Virus record (IMG/VR): IMGVR_UViG_3300048050_000067
Span: 1 to 38,554 of that record
Direction: 5' to 3' (one strand)
DNA length: 38,554 nucleotides
Source of the DNA: a virus
The position numbers and the translations under genes are program-made. Each line of letters starts with the position of its first letter. Within the stretch, counting starts at the first letter, position 1. The notes beneath the pieces are model-generated. The model was not told the DNA's origin. It was given only the letters and a program-made list of their open reading frames with translations, and did no database searches. Positions 25,902 to 33,316 of this stretch are shown in pieces.

Positions 25902-27076
25902 TGGCTAATCTTGAATTGGTAACTAAAAACGGGGGAATTGCCAACGCTTTCAGCGATTCCATAATTTATCATTCTATTTTCGGTGATGACAATAGAGCTC
26001 TGACTCGCGGAGTTATTTTCAATGGGATAGGATCTTCGCTTAGTGCTTTCGTTGACCAAAGTGGTAAAAAGATAACTATCGGGACCGGAATGGGTGCTTT
26101 ATACGGAAGACAATTTGAAATAGTTTCTCCTATTGAGTTCGATCTCAGCGCATTAACAGGAATAAAATATTGCTTAATTTATATTGAAGTCTCTACCAAG
26201 AATGTTACCGCTCAAACGGCGAAGCTTAAATTGGCTTATGACAGCGGTGGTTATCCCACGATTCCAAATGCTGATATCTATTCAAGCGAATTAGGCATTG
26301 CCGTGATGCCGATTTGGCGCTTTATTCTAACTACCACTTCGTCAACGCCAATCTCAGCCTTGACTAAACTCTTCTTTGGTAAAAACCCCGGGCAGGTTTT
26401 CAAAACGAAAAGCCTTCAGGCGAGAAGCTTCATTTTTAATAACAAAGTTTCCGAGATCCAAGATCCCGGGAAAGATTACTGGCTCAAGTCTAGAAATGCT
26501 GACTTGGCAACGACTTCGGCAAGGTTTGGCGGCCATTTATTTGATGCATCTTTGAACATCGACAGTTCATGCCAGGCTTTCGCGATCGCCGACACCCAAA
26601 AGATCACTTCTGATCAGCACACGACTAATGATGGCGTTAGCGGTTCTTGCTGGCAGGATGGCGATGATGTGTCTTATAAACTTTATGATTTAACGCCTTC
26701 GAACAGCCAAGCAAAAATAAGCGGGTGGATGGTTTACATGAAACTTTCCACCGCCAAGTTTAATTGGGGATTTTTGGGCCTCGGATCTCACTGGGAATAT
26801 GACGTCAAAGATTGGGTTACCTCATTTATCATTCCGAAATCAGGTCCGACGATTTATCTCGCACAAGATGCCTTAAACCATTCCATTTATGTTAAAAACG
26901 ATCCTCCTGAAGCCGGAATTCAAATTTTGACAATAGTTCTTCCAAGCTTTCTATGCCGACAATTAACGGTTTTAGGTTTAAAAATAAATTTTTACCCTAA
27001 AGCCGAGATAATTTGCAAAAGTTCCTATCGAACTTATGGGGAGATTCATTTAACCCCTTTGTTGAATCTTATTTAG
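25901..27076 (+). CDS. Distal tail / fibre-like structural protein, paralog 2
   Basis: It shares the N-terminal module with 24822-25901. Its start overlaps the upstream stop (TAATG). Confidence 0.6.
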   Translation: MANLELVTKNGGIANAFSDSIIYHSIFGDDNRALTRGVIFNGIGSSLSAFVDQSGKKITIGTGMGALYGRQFEIVSPIEFDLSALTGIKYCLIYIEVSTKNVTAQTAKLKLAYDSGGYPTIPNADIYSSELGIAVMPIWRFILTTTSSTPISALTKLFFGKNPGQVFKTKSLQARSFIFNNKVSEIQDPGKDYWLKSRNADLATTSARFGGHLFDASLNIDSSCQAFAIADTQKITSDQHTTNDGVSGSCWQDGDDVSYKLYDLTPSNSQAKISGWMVYMKLSTAKFNWGFLGLGSHWEYDVKDWVTSFIIPKSGPTIYLAQDALNHSIYVKNDPPEAGIQILTIVLPSFLCRQLTVLGLKINFYPKAEIICKSSYRTYGEIHLTPLLNLI

Positions 27077-27088
27077 GAGAAAATCAAA

Positions 27089-28222
27089 ATGGCAATCAAA
27101 CTTCTCGAATCGATCAATTCTGAAAGCAACGACACCGTTCAGTATCCGGATGACGGCGCTCCGATAAACTTTCTTTCCGCTTACAAGAAAAACGGAAGGA
27201 TTTTCGGAGCCTCCGTGACTATCAATGGAAAGGTTCTGACTATCTCTAAGGGTCTCTTAATTGCAAGGGGATTCCGCTTGGCAATTGATGGATCCACGGT
27301 TTTGCTTGATCTAACAAATTCGGCGATGCCGGCATCTCAAACAACTTTTAATATATTGATCTCCATCATCAGGACGGGGCATAACGCCACTTTCTCGGTT
27401 TCCTATCGTAATTCCTCGCTTTCCTATTCCACCGACGCCATCGATCAGGACGAGGGAACTTACGAGCTTAAAATCGGGATTTTGACTTTGAATTCTAGCG
27501 GCATCGTTGGCTATGCCGATGCGCTAACGACGATCGCTCCCCCTTCCTCAAGCGATTCGTCTTCCGGTGTCGGATCGATGCTTCCGCCCCCTGAGCTTGA
27601 GATCGTCTCAAGAAGGGCGGGAGGAGCTTATGGCGGTTATCTTGCCATCCGGAACAAGGGGGATTATTCCGGATATGCCACTAAATACTCGGTCCGATTC
27701 CAGCTTTTCCGATTCATGAGGAAGGCCAAATACCGCGAGAGAAGTGGGTCAACAAAGGTTTATCTTAGGAAAAGCGCGTTCGTTCAGCCAGCCGTCTCGT
27801 TGGGCTGGGGGACCGCTAAAATTCCGGTCATCGTCCTTCTTTCAGATCTTCAGACGGTGACGGTGACGGCAAACGGGACCTTCAGTTACATCCGGAAAGA
27901 CATTGTTTGCCCGATTTCGAATTTCGTAACATCGATGTTCTACGTCCCCGGAACGACGAAAACAGCCGTCACTAATTCCACCAACGTTTACAGCATCCGA
28001 TCCACTCGGTCCGAGAAGAAAAAGACGATCGGGCAATATGGAAAGCACGCCAAGCACAATTTCTTCATCTTCGCCTACAAAGTCTATCTCTACAGCGGAT
28101 CGGCGAGAATAGCGGAAAGCCCATTCTCAAAAACGGTGGTGATAACCCCGAATTATCATATGAAAGTAGCGAATGGGGCTTCGACCGGAATCGCTGGAAA
28201 GTTCCGGATCCTGATTGAGTGA
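27089..28222 (+). CDS. Distal tail / fibre-like structural protein, divergent paralog 3
   Basis: The layout matches at lower identity (ISKGLLIARGFRLAIDGS..., FNILISIIRTG, TYELKIGILTL). Confidence 0.5.
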   Translation: MAIKLLESINSESNDTVQYPDDGAPINFLSAYKKNGRIFGASVTINGKVLTISKGLLIARGFRLAIDGSTVLLDLTNSAMPASQTTFNILISIIRTGHNATFSVSYRNSSLSYSTDAIDQDEGTYELKIGILTLNSSGIVGYADALTTIAPPSSSDSSSGVGSMLPPPELEIVSRRAGGAYGGYLAIRNKGDYSGYATKYSVRFQLFRFMRKAKYRERSGSTKVYLRKSAFVQPAVSLGWGTAKIPVIVLLSDLQTVTVTANGTFSYIRKDIVCPISNFVTSMFYVPGTTKTAVTNSTNVYSIRSTRSEKKKTIGQYGKHAKHNFFIFAYKVYLYSGSARIAESPFSKTVVITPNYHMKVANGASTGIAGKFRILIE

Positions 28223-28230
28223 CGAAAAAT

Positions 28231-28381
28231 GGCAGGATCCTTTCCGGAGCTCCAATTGCCCCTATTAGAGGCTGATAAGGCGCCCGAGGCCATAAGCCTC
28301 CCGAGCCCGGCCTGTTAGGGAGTCTGGCCGTGAGCCGGCACCATTAAAGGGGCGATGTGGATCTCCGGAAAGGACCTTGCC
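28231..28381 (+). ncRNA. GC-rich, strongly self-complementary element of about 151 nt (candidate structured RNA or MITE-like insertion)
   Basis: GGCAGGATCCTTTCCGGAG (28231-28249) pairs with CTCCGGAAAGGACCTTGCC (28363-28381) over 19 positions, with one mismatch and one G-U. A second 9-bp stem is 28255-28263/28349-28357, with further internal hairpins. The element is visibly more GC-rich than its flanks. Confidence 0.5.
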
Positions 28382-28436
28382 TAAAATCCGATCAAATATT
28401 ATTTCCAAAAATGTCAAACAAAAGGAGGCATTGAAA

Positions 28437-30569
28437 ATGGAAAACACACTAGAAATTCAGCTCCATGAAACTGGAGAGCTCATCCCCGTAAAGGACGGAT
28501 CGTCTTCCTTGGGGGTTGAGATGGAAAGCGGAGCGACAACTCTTCAGATTGATCTTCCGGCGTCGGCTTTCGGGATGAATCATTATCTCGAATTCGTCAA
28601 ACCTGACGGGACGGCCGTTTCATCCGCCCCGCTGATTGAAACAACCAGCGCCGCAGGGATCCATTCGATCTCGCTCTCTGCCGGCAACACCATCACAGAC
28701 ATCGCGGGCCGCTACACTATTCAATATGTAGCAAGGTCTAAGGATTCGACGCCGAAGACGCTAAAGAGCAAAATCATCTATCTCGACATTGATCCATCCA
28801 CCAATGCGGTGTCTTATATCACCGAAAGCGATCCCGATTTCATCGCTTGGGCCACCAAACAAATCGCGGAACTGACCGCGAAGGTGGGAGGGCTCGATTC
28901 CGACGAAAGCGACGATCCTGCCACCAAACAAGAATTGGGAGATGAATCGATTAGAGCTCAAGGGGCTGAACTGGACAATGCCGATAATTTGGCTCTCGAA
29001 ACCGAAAGGGCTGAAGGAGTTGAGAGTGCTCACAGTCTTTCTTTGGCTGATCATGGCAATAGAATCAAGACTTTGGAAGATCTCATTATTTCCAACACTT
29101 TTTTCTATGGAATCAAATTCTACGATGGTGAAACCACAGGCGACCGCCTCGGATCGGCGGTTGGCCTCCAATCTGGCGTCAACGGCGGTGCCAACGATTT
29201 TGACCATATGCCTATTTTTAAAGACATAACAACCTACACCGATGCAAGCGGAAACAAAATTGTCAAAGTCGGGAAGGCCTTCTATTGCAAACGATTCCAC
29301 AACGGAACCCCCGGAAATTCCGGATATTGGTTCGCGGATTGCATTTCTCCTTATCAGATCGACAGTTCGTGGGGACTGCATTATGCGTTCCTCGACAAAA
29401 ACGGAGCCAACAGGGGCTATTTCACCATCGGGGCTTATTTCGCCTCTAAGAACGTCGCAAATACAAAATTGGTAACTGTTTCCGGGGCTGTCCCAGCGAC
29501 GGCAATGACCCCAACGGCAGCGAGAGCCCTTGCGGCAACTGGGTCGGCTCATCTCGCTGAGAACCGGAAGTTCGACGCTTTAACTCTCTTGTTTAGGATC
29601 GAATTCGCGACGAACAACGGTCAGGGAGTTTTCAAAGGCATTTCGGATATCACTTGCCTTTATCCCGGTGATTATGCGGCTTATCAGCCGGCAGGATCCG
29701 GAAACATCATGATCTTTCCGTGCGCCGATTGGTTTTCCGGAGATGAGGCCGCTTGGGCCGCTGCCTTCAAGGTCGGCGCTTCTGTTAACGTTTGGGATGA
29801 CAACGGAAGCGGATTCATCGGAGAGGTGGCAAGGCATGTCACCGCCATAACTTTTGCGACGGCAGCCAATCCCACGACCGGGGTTTCCGAAAGGCAGGTT
29901 CACATCACGATTAGCGGTTCGGCGATAAATCTTCAAAACGAAAATGAATATTACGCCAACATCCAAAATTACAACCCTTTCACGGGCCAATGCGATAATC
30001 TTTCCGGGTCGAGCGCAGAAGTTGTTTCTTCATATCAAGGCGTTCGTGCTTTCTCTTACAGGGGAATTGAGAACCTTTGGGGCGAGTTCTGGCAGTTCGC
30101 CGATGGCGTTTGCTTCGTGACTCATTATGCCGCCACAACGGAGGGCATAAGCACCAAACGATTTGAATGTTTTGACCCGTCGCATTATGACGAAATCGGG
30201 GTCGCATGGACAACCAACGTTGAAAGGGCATCTAATCTTCTTCCCCATTGGATTGTTTCCTACACCTATTACGCTCAAACGGCCCCTTCGGGATGGATCA
30301 TGAACTTCGCCGATTATCCGGTTTCGGATTATTACGGTATGGACGTTGCTCTTTCCGGGGCGGGAAGCGATCTTACCTATATTCCCGATTACGTTTATAT
30401 TCCGAATCCTTACACCTCGCCTACCGAATTTGAACGCCTTTTCGTTGCTTATCGGGGCGGTGGCGCCGGCAATGGCTCTGTCTGCGGTCCTTGCCTCCTC
30501 GATGGCTTCTATGATCCTTCGCTCGACGATTCGTGTTTCGGGTTCCGGCTTTCTTATGATCCTTCGTGA
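28437..30569 (+). CDS. Tail fibre / receptor-binding protein, the DGR variable (target) protein
   Basis: AGGAGG lies 8 nt upstream of ATG 28437. It is 710 aa and the last tail gene. The C-terminus YRGGGAGNGSVCGPCLLDGFYDPSLDDSCFGFRLS is C-type-lectin/FGE-like and contains the VR. Confidence 0.85.
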   Translation: MENTLEIQLHETGELIPVKDGSSSLGVEMESGATTLQIDLPASAFGMNHYLEFVKPDGTAVSSAPLIETTSAAGIHSISLSAGNTITDIAGRYTIQYVARSKDSTPKTLKSKIIYLDIDPSTNAVSYITESDPDFIAWATKQIAELTAKVGGLDSDESDDPATKQELGDESIRAQGAELDNADNLALETERAEGVESAHSLSLADHGNRIKTLEDLIISNTFFYGIKFYDGETTGDRLGSAVGLQSGVNGGANDFDHMPIFKDITTYTDASGNKIVKVGKAFYCKRFHNGTPGNSGYWFADCISPYQIDSSWGLHYAFLDKNGANRGYFTIGAYFASKNVANTKLVTVSGAVPATAMTPTAARALAATGSAHLAENRKFDALTLLFRIEFATNNGQGVFKGISDITCLYPGDYAAYQPAGSGNIMIFPCADWFSGDEAAWAAAFKVGASVNVWDDNGSGFIGEVARHVTAITFATAANPTTGVSERQVHITISGSAINLQNENEYYANIQNYNPFTGQCDNLSGSSAEVVSSYQGVRAFSYRGIENLWGEFWQFADGVCFVTHYAATTEGISTKRFECFDPSHYDEIGVAWTTNVERASNLLPHWIVSYTYYAQTAPSGWIMNFADYPVSDYYGMDVALSGAGSDLTYIPDYVYIPNPYTSPTEFERLFVAYRGGGAGNGSVCGPCLLDGFYDPSLDDSCFGFRLSYDPS
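30451..30555 (+). repeat. DGR variable region (VR)
   Basis: A 105-bp ungapped match to 30661-30765 has 16 mismatches, all opposite TR adenines. It lies in the last 40 codons of the fibre gene. Confidence 0.93.
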
Positions 30570-30578
30570 GAGGATTCG

Positions 30579-30600
30579 TCAAGGGGAAACCTCCCCTTGA
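30579..30600 (+). promoter_or_regulatory. GC-rich hairpin downstream of the VR (DGR target-recognition-type stem-loop)
   Basis: TCAAGGGGA-aacc-TCCCCTTGA has a 9-bp stem and a 4-nt loop. It starts 24 nt after the VR end and 10 nt after the stop codon. Confidence 0.7.
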
Positions 30601-30660
30601 CATGGATTTCGTTTGATCGATAGGGCGCGTCGCATGCAAAAGCGGTTCCCTCTGCTTCGG

Positions 30661-30765
30661 ATCGGGGCGGTAACGCCGGCAATGGCTCTAACTGCGGTCC
30701 TTGCAACCTCAATGGCAACAATGATCCTTCGAACGACGATTCGAGATACGGGTTCCGGCTATCTT
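30661..30765 (+). repeat. DGR template region (TR)
   Basis: This is the invariant-donor copy. It contains 24 adenines, 16 of which are substituted in the VR. In the VR frame it carries AAC x5 and AAT x3 codons. It lies in non-coding DNA upstream of the RT. Confidence 0.93.
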
Positions 30766-30881
30766 GTTTGATTTGTGGCATGCGCCATCCTCGCTGAATG
30801 CGGAAATTGGCTATGAAGGGGCCGGTTAGTAGTCTGAAAAGATCGAAAGCCGGCTGAAGCCAAAAGAAAGGCGGTTAAATC

Positions 30882-31961
30882 ATGAAAAGAAAAGGCCATT
30901 TATTTGAAGAGATGCTTTCCGATGGATCCATTCGCGAAGCGATCAAAAACGCAAGCCGTGGAAAAATGGGGAAGCCGTCTATTCGGAGAAGGATTGATAA
31001 TCTTGATGGCACCGTTCTTTCAATAAAAAATGTTTTATCCGAATCGACTTTCAAGCCTGCCGTGATGCAAACGATGACGATCAATGAGTATGGCAAGGAA
31101 AGGTTGATTAGCAAATCTCCTTTCTTTCCGGATCAGATAATCCATTGGCTTGTCATCGATGATTTGAGGCCTCTAATACAAAGAGGCATGGACAATGGCG
31201 TTTGCGGGTCGATACCTGGTCGCGGAACCAAAGAAGTGAAGAAACTGATCAAACGTTGGTTTTTGAAAGATCGGCGTGGCACGAAATGGTGCCTAAAGAT
31301 CGACATCCATCACTATTACCAGTCTATCGACCGCTCAAAACTCATGTCAAAAATTGGCAAACTCATCAAAGACGAAAAAATGATCGATCTTCTAAAAAGC
31401 ATTGTCGGAGATCCTGGCATCGGTATCCCGATTGGAACTTATTGGAGCCAATGGTTTGCAAACCTCTATCTTCAGGACTTCGACCATTTCATCCACGAGA
31501 AACTAGGAATCCACCATTCGGTTCGGTATGTTGACGATGTGGTTATCTTCAGTTCCAACAGAAGGAAGCTTGTCAAAGCCCAAAAAGCGATGGATATCTT
31601 CCTGAAGGACGAAGGTCTTGAGATGAAACCTAATTGGGCAATTTTCAAAACATCGGATCGGGATATCGATTTCGTAGGATGCCGCTTTCATCCCAACGGA
31701 AGAATCTCCATCAGAAAAAGAATTTGGCGTGTTGCCCGGAGAACGATTCTCCGGATAGCCCATCACGGTATCGGACTGCAAAGGGCAAGAAGGCTTATGA
31801 GCTACAATGGCTGGTTTCAGGGAACAAATAATTACATCATCAAAACAAAGTATCTTCCAAAGATGGATCTATTATCGGCTAAGTCGCTTATCGCACAGTC
31901 GGCAAGAGAAAAAGAAAATAATCCGAAAAATAAAGGAGGGATGCAGTATGCAAAATCTTAA
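30882..31961 (+). CDS. DGR reverse transcriptase
   Basis: GIGIPIGTYWSQWFANLYL carries the DGR hallmark IGxxxSQ (compare Brt GVGIPIGSLTSQLFANVYG). The catalytic motif is VRYVDDVVIF. RLISKSPFFPDQIIHWL and IDFVGCRF also parallel Brt. Confidence 0.93.
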   Translation: MKRKGHLFEEMLSDGSIREAIKNASRGKMGKPSIRRRIDNLDGTVLSIKNVLSESTFKPAVMQTMTINEYGKERLISKSPFFPDQIIHWLVIDDLRPLIQRGMDNGVCGSIPGRGTKEVKKLIKRWFLKDRRGTKWCLKIDIHHYYQSIDRSKLMSKIGKLIKDEKMIDLLKSIVGDPGIGIPIGTYWSQWFANLYLQDFDHFIHEKLGIHHSVRYVDDVVIFSSNRRKLVKAQKAMDIFLKDEGLEMKPNWAIFKTSDRDIDFVGCRFHPNGRISIRKRIWRVARRTILRIAHHGIGLQRARRLMSYNGWFQGTNNYIIKTKYLPKMDLLSAKSLIAQSAREKENNPKNKGGMQYAKS

Positions 31962-32208
31962 AGGAGAATCCACAGTTGAGCCAAAAACTAAAATCATCGG
32001 CAAGAATTCTGTGGACATCAACACCAACATTTCGCAGGTAACCAAAAAAACCGGACGGGGAACTAACGCCAAAACGGAAACCATTTACGCCTACGACGTC
32101 ACAAGGTACACGCTTCAGGAATACATCGAGAAGCTTTCCGACGATTCCACAACAACAAACATAGCTGTTGCAGAACTTTCAGATCTCGTTCTCACAAAGG
32201 AGGGATAA
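31948..32208 (+). CDS. Hypothetical protein downstream of the RT
   Basis: AAAGGAGGG lies 7 nt upstream of ATG 31948. It is 86 aa and overlaps the RT 3' end by 14 nt. It is not Avd-like (not basic or helical by eye). Confidence 0.55.
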   Translation: MQNLKGESTVEPKTKIIGKNSVDINTNISQVTKKTGRGTNAKTETIYAYDVTRYTLQEYIEKLSDDSTTTNIAVAELSDLVLTKEG

Positions 32209-32210
32209 TC

Positions 32211-32369
32211 ATGGCAACCCAAAGCATCGAAGGCATCGCTAGAAACTACGCCAATCTCATTGAGCAAGGTTTTCGCACAATCGATTCCATCAAGAACACT
32301 CTCGTTAGAGATCGTGTTCAAGAAATGATCGACGAGGACAAGAAGCAAGGGGGGAAAAATGGAACCTGA
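32211..32369 (+). CDS. Small XkdX/CD1375-like protein (52 aa, below the ORF-track cutoff)
   Basis: AAAGGAGGG precedes ATG 32211. YANLIEQGFRTIDSIKNTLVRDRVQEMI resembles the Y..LI..G.kT.d.vP...r..V pattern of small proteins found before holins in clostridial phages. Confidence 0.5.
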   Translation: MATQSIEGIARNYANLIEQGFRTIDSIKNTLVRDRVQEMIDEDKKQGGKNGT

Positions 32370-32661
32370 TGTTCTTCTTTTCGCCTGTATCTCGGCCGGA
32401 GGCACGCTCGTTGCCATTGGGATGAGCATTTATTCGATCTCCGCCTCCAAACGAAACCGGGCTGTCGGCCATGCAGTTTCTGATCAAAAGACAATCGATC
32501 AAATCGATCGCATTGATGAGCGAACTCTTGATATTAAATCAACCATGGATAAGCAGGATGATAAGATCGATGGCCTTGCCGTAAAGGTCGGACAGATCGA
32601 GGGCAAGCTCGGAATCAATCAGGAGGCCGCGCAAGCGACCGCCCCACCGTCAATCAAATAA
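32359..32661 (+). CDS. Membrane-anchored coiled-coil protein (lysis-associated or holin-like)
   Basis: One N-terminal TM segment (VLLFACISAGGTLVAIGMSIYSI) is followed by a coiled-coil-like stretch. Confidence 0.5.
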   Translation: MEPDVLLFACISAGGTLVAIGMSIYSISASKRNRAVGHAVSDQKTIDQIDRIDERTLDIKSTMDKQDDKIDGLAVKVGQIEGKLGINQEAAQATAPPSIK

Positions 32662-32706
32662 TCTAATAAATTCTAAACAAGCGCTGTCCATTTGGGAGGT
32701 CCCTTT

Positions 32707-33315
32707 ATGGACACTAACATCATTCCAGAGATCATTGCCTTTCTTTCGAAATATGGTTTGCTCGTCGGCCTGTTGGCTATCGCCATCGCCGGTCTAACCG
32801 AACTCATCAAAATTCCTATTTATCGAGCCGCCAAGAAGTACCAGGCATCCACCGGCGTTGACAAATCGGTGATCACATGGACAATCACGCTTGTCGCACA
32901 GGCTTTGTCCGTTTTGGCCGCCATCATTATCGGCCTTGCTGAAACGGGTTGGAACGTCGGGGCCGTCGATTGGGCATCCATCAGCGCCACTGCCGTTTCC
33001 ATTTATGCCGGATCTACCGGATTCTATGAAATCATCAAGAAGATCATCACGGCTATCAAAGCTTTTGTCTCTTCTCAGAAGACGAAGGCCCAGCAAGCCG
33101 CCAACACCGTCCTTGAGGAGGCCGCCAAGGCCGCCTCTACGGCCGAAGCGGCAGTTGCCTCCGCCAATACCTCATCTCAGGCTAAAACGGCTTTAGCCGC
33201 TGAAACCACGAAAGCCGAGAGTAAGGAAATCCTCGTAACGCAAGAAAAAACAACTTCCGGCTCCTCTTCGGCCGAAAGCAAAGAAGCGGAAACCGAAACT
33301 AAGAAGATTTGGTAA
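32707..33315 (+). CDS. Multi-pass membrane protein, putative holin with an Ala/Ser/Thr-rich tail
   Basis: GGGAGG lies 7 nt upstream of ATG 32707. There are three hydrophobic segments, then a low-complexity C-terminus. Confidence 0.5.
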   Translation: MDTNIIPEIIAFLSKYGLLVGLLAIAIAGLTELIKIPIYRAAKKYQASTGVDKSVITWTITLVAQALSVLAAIIIGLAETGWNVGAVDWASISATAVSIYAGSTGFYEIIKKIITAIKAFVSSQKTKAQQAANTVLEEAAKAASTAEAAVASANTSSQAKTALAAETTKAESKEILVTQEKTTSGSSSAESKEAETETKKIW

Positions 33316-33316
33316 T

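Noticed and set aside
28190-28222. A possible second DGR variable region at the end of paralog 3, whose protein ends GKFRILIE, reminiscent of the GFRL ending.
   Set aside because: Only about 7 nt (GTTCCGG) are shared with the TR. There is no extended VR/TR-type homology.
28313-28345. A resemblance of UAGGGAGUCUGGCCGUGAGCCGGC to the cobalamin-riboswitch core (AGGGAA..GGUGAGAA..CC).
   Set aside because: Only a partial match. I found no B12-box, and a cobalamin riboswitch upstream of a tail fibre gene makes no biological sense.
28270-28372. A hammerhead-like CUGAUAAG box (28272-28279) plus a distant GAAA (28368-28371) within the GC-rich element.
   Set aside because: The core would need CUGAnGA, and here the essential G is an A. 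The GAAA is not positioned after a stem II hairpin, so this is not a hammerhead.
28377-28436. Longer ORF-track starts: 28377 for the fibre gene, 10681 for the recombinase, 891, 15526, 20911, 31807, 32692, 36980 and 37122.
   Set aside because: Each upstream extension uses a non-ATG or RBS-less start, or overlaps the preceding gene or structure. In each case an in-frame ATG with a well-spaced AGGAGG-type site lies downstream.
28265-28447. A minus-strand 60-aa ORF inside the GC-rich intergenic element.
   Set aside because: It has no RBS, runs against the operon direction, and is composed of the palindromic GC-rich sequence. The RNA/DNA structure explains the region better.
30597-30602. A perfect TTGACA -35 hexamer, formed by the 3' arm of the post-VR hairpin, considered as a promoter for TR-RT transcription.
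   Set aside because: I could not find a convincing -10 hexamer at 16-18 nt spacing. The TR-RT unit may simply be read through from the late operon.
30554-30781. A minus-strand 75-aa ORF between the VR and the RT, considered as a possible Avd accessory gene.
   Set aside because: It is simply the antisense of the post-VR hairpin and the TR. It is Pro/Leu-rich with no helical-bundle character and has no RBS.
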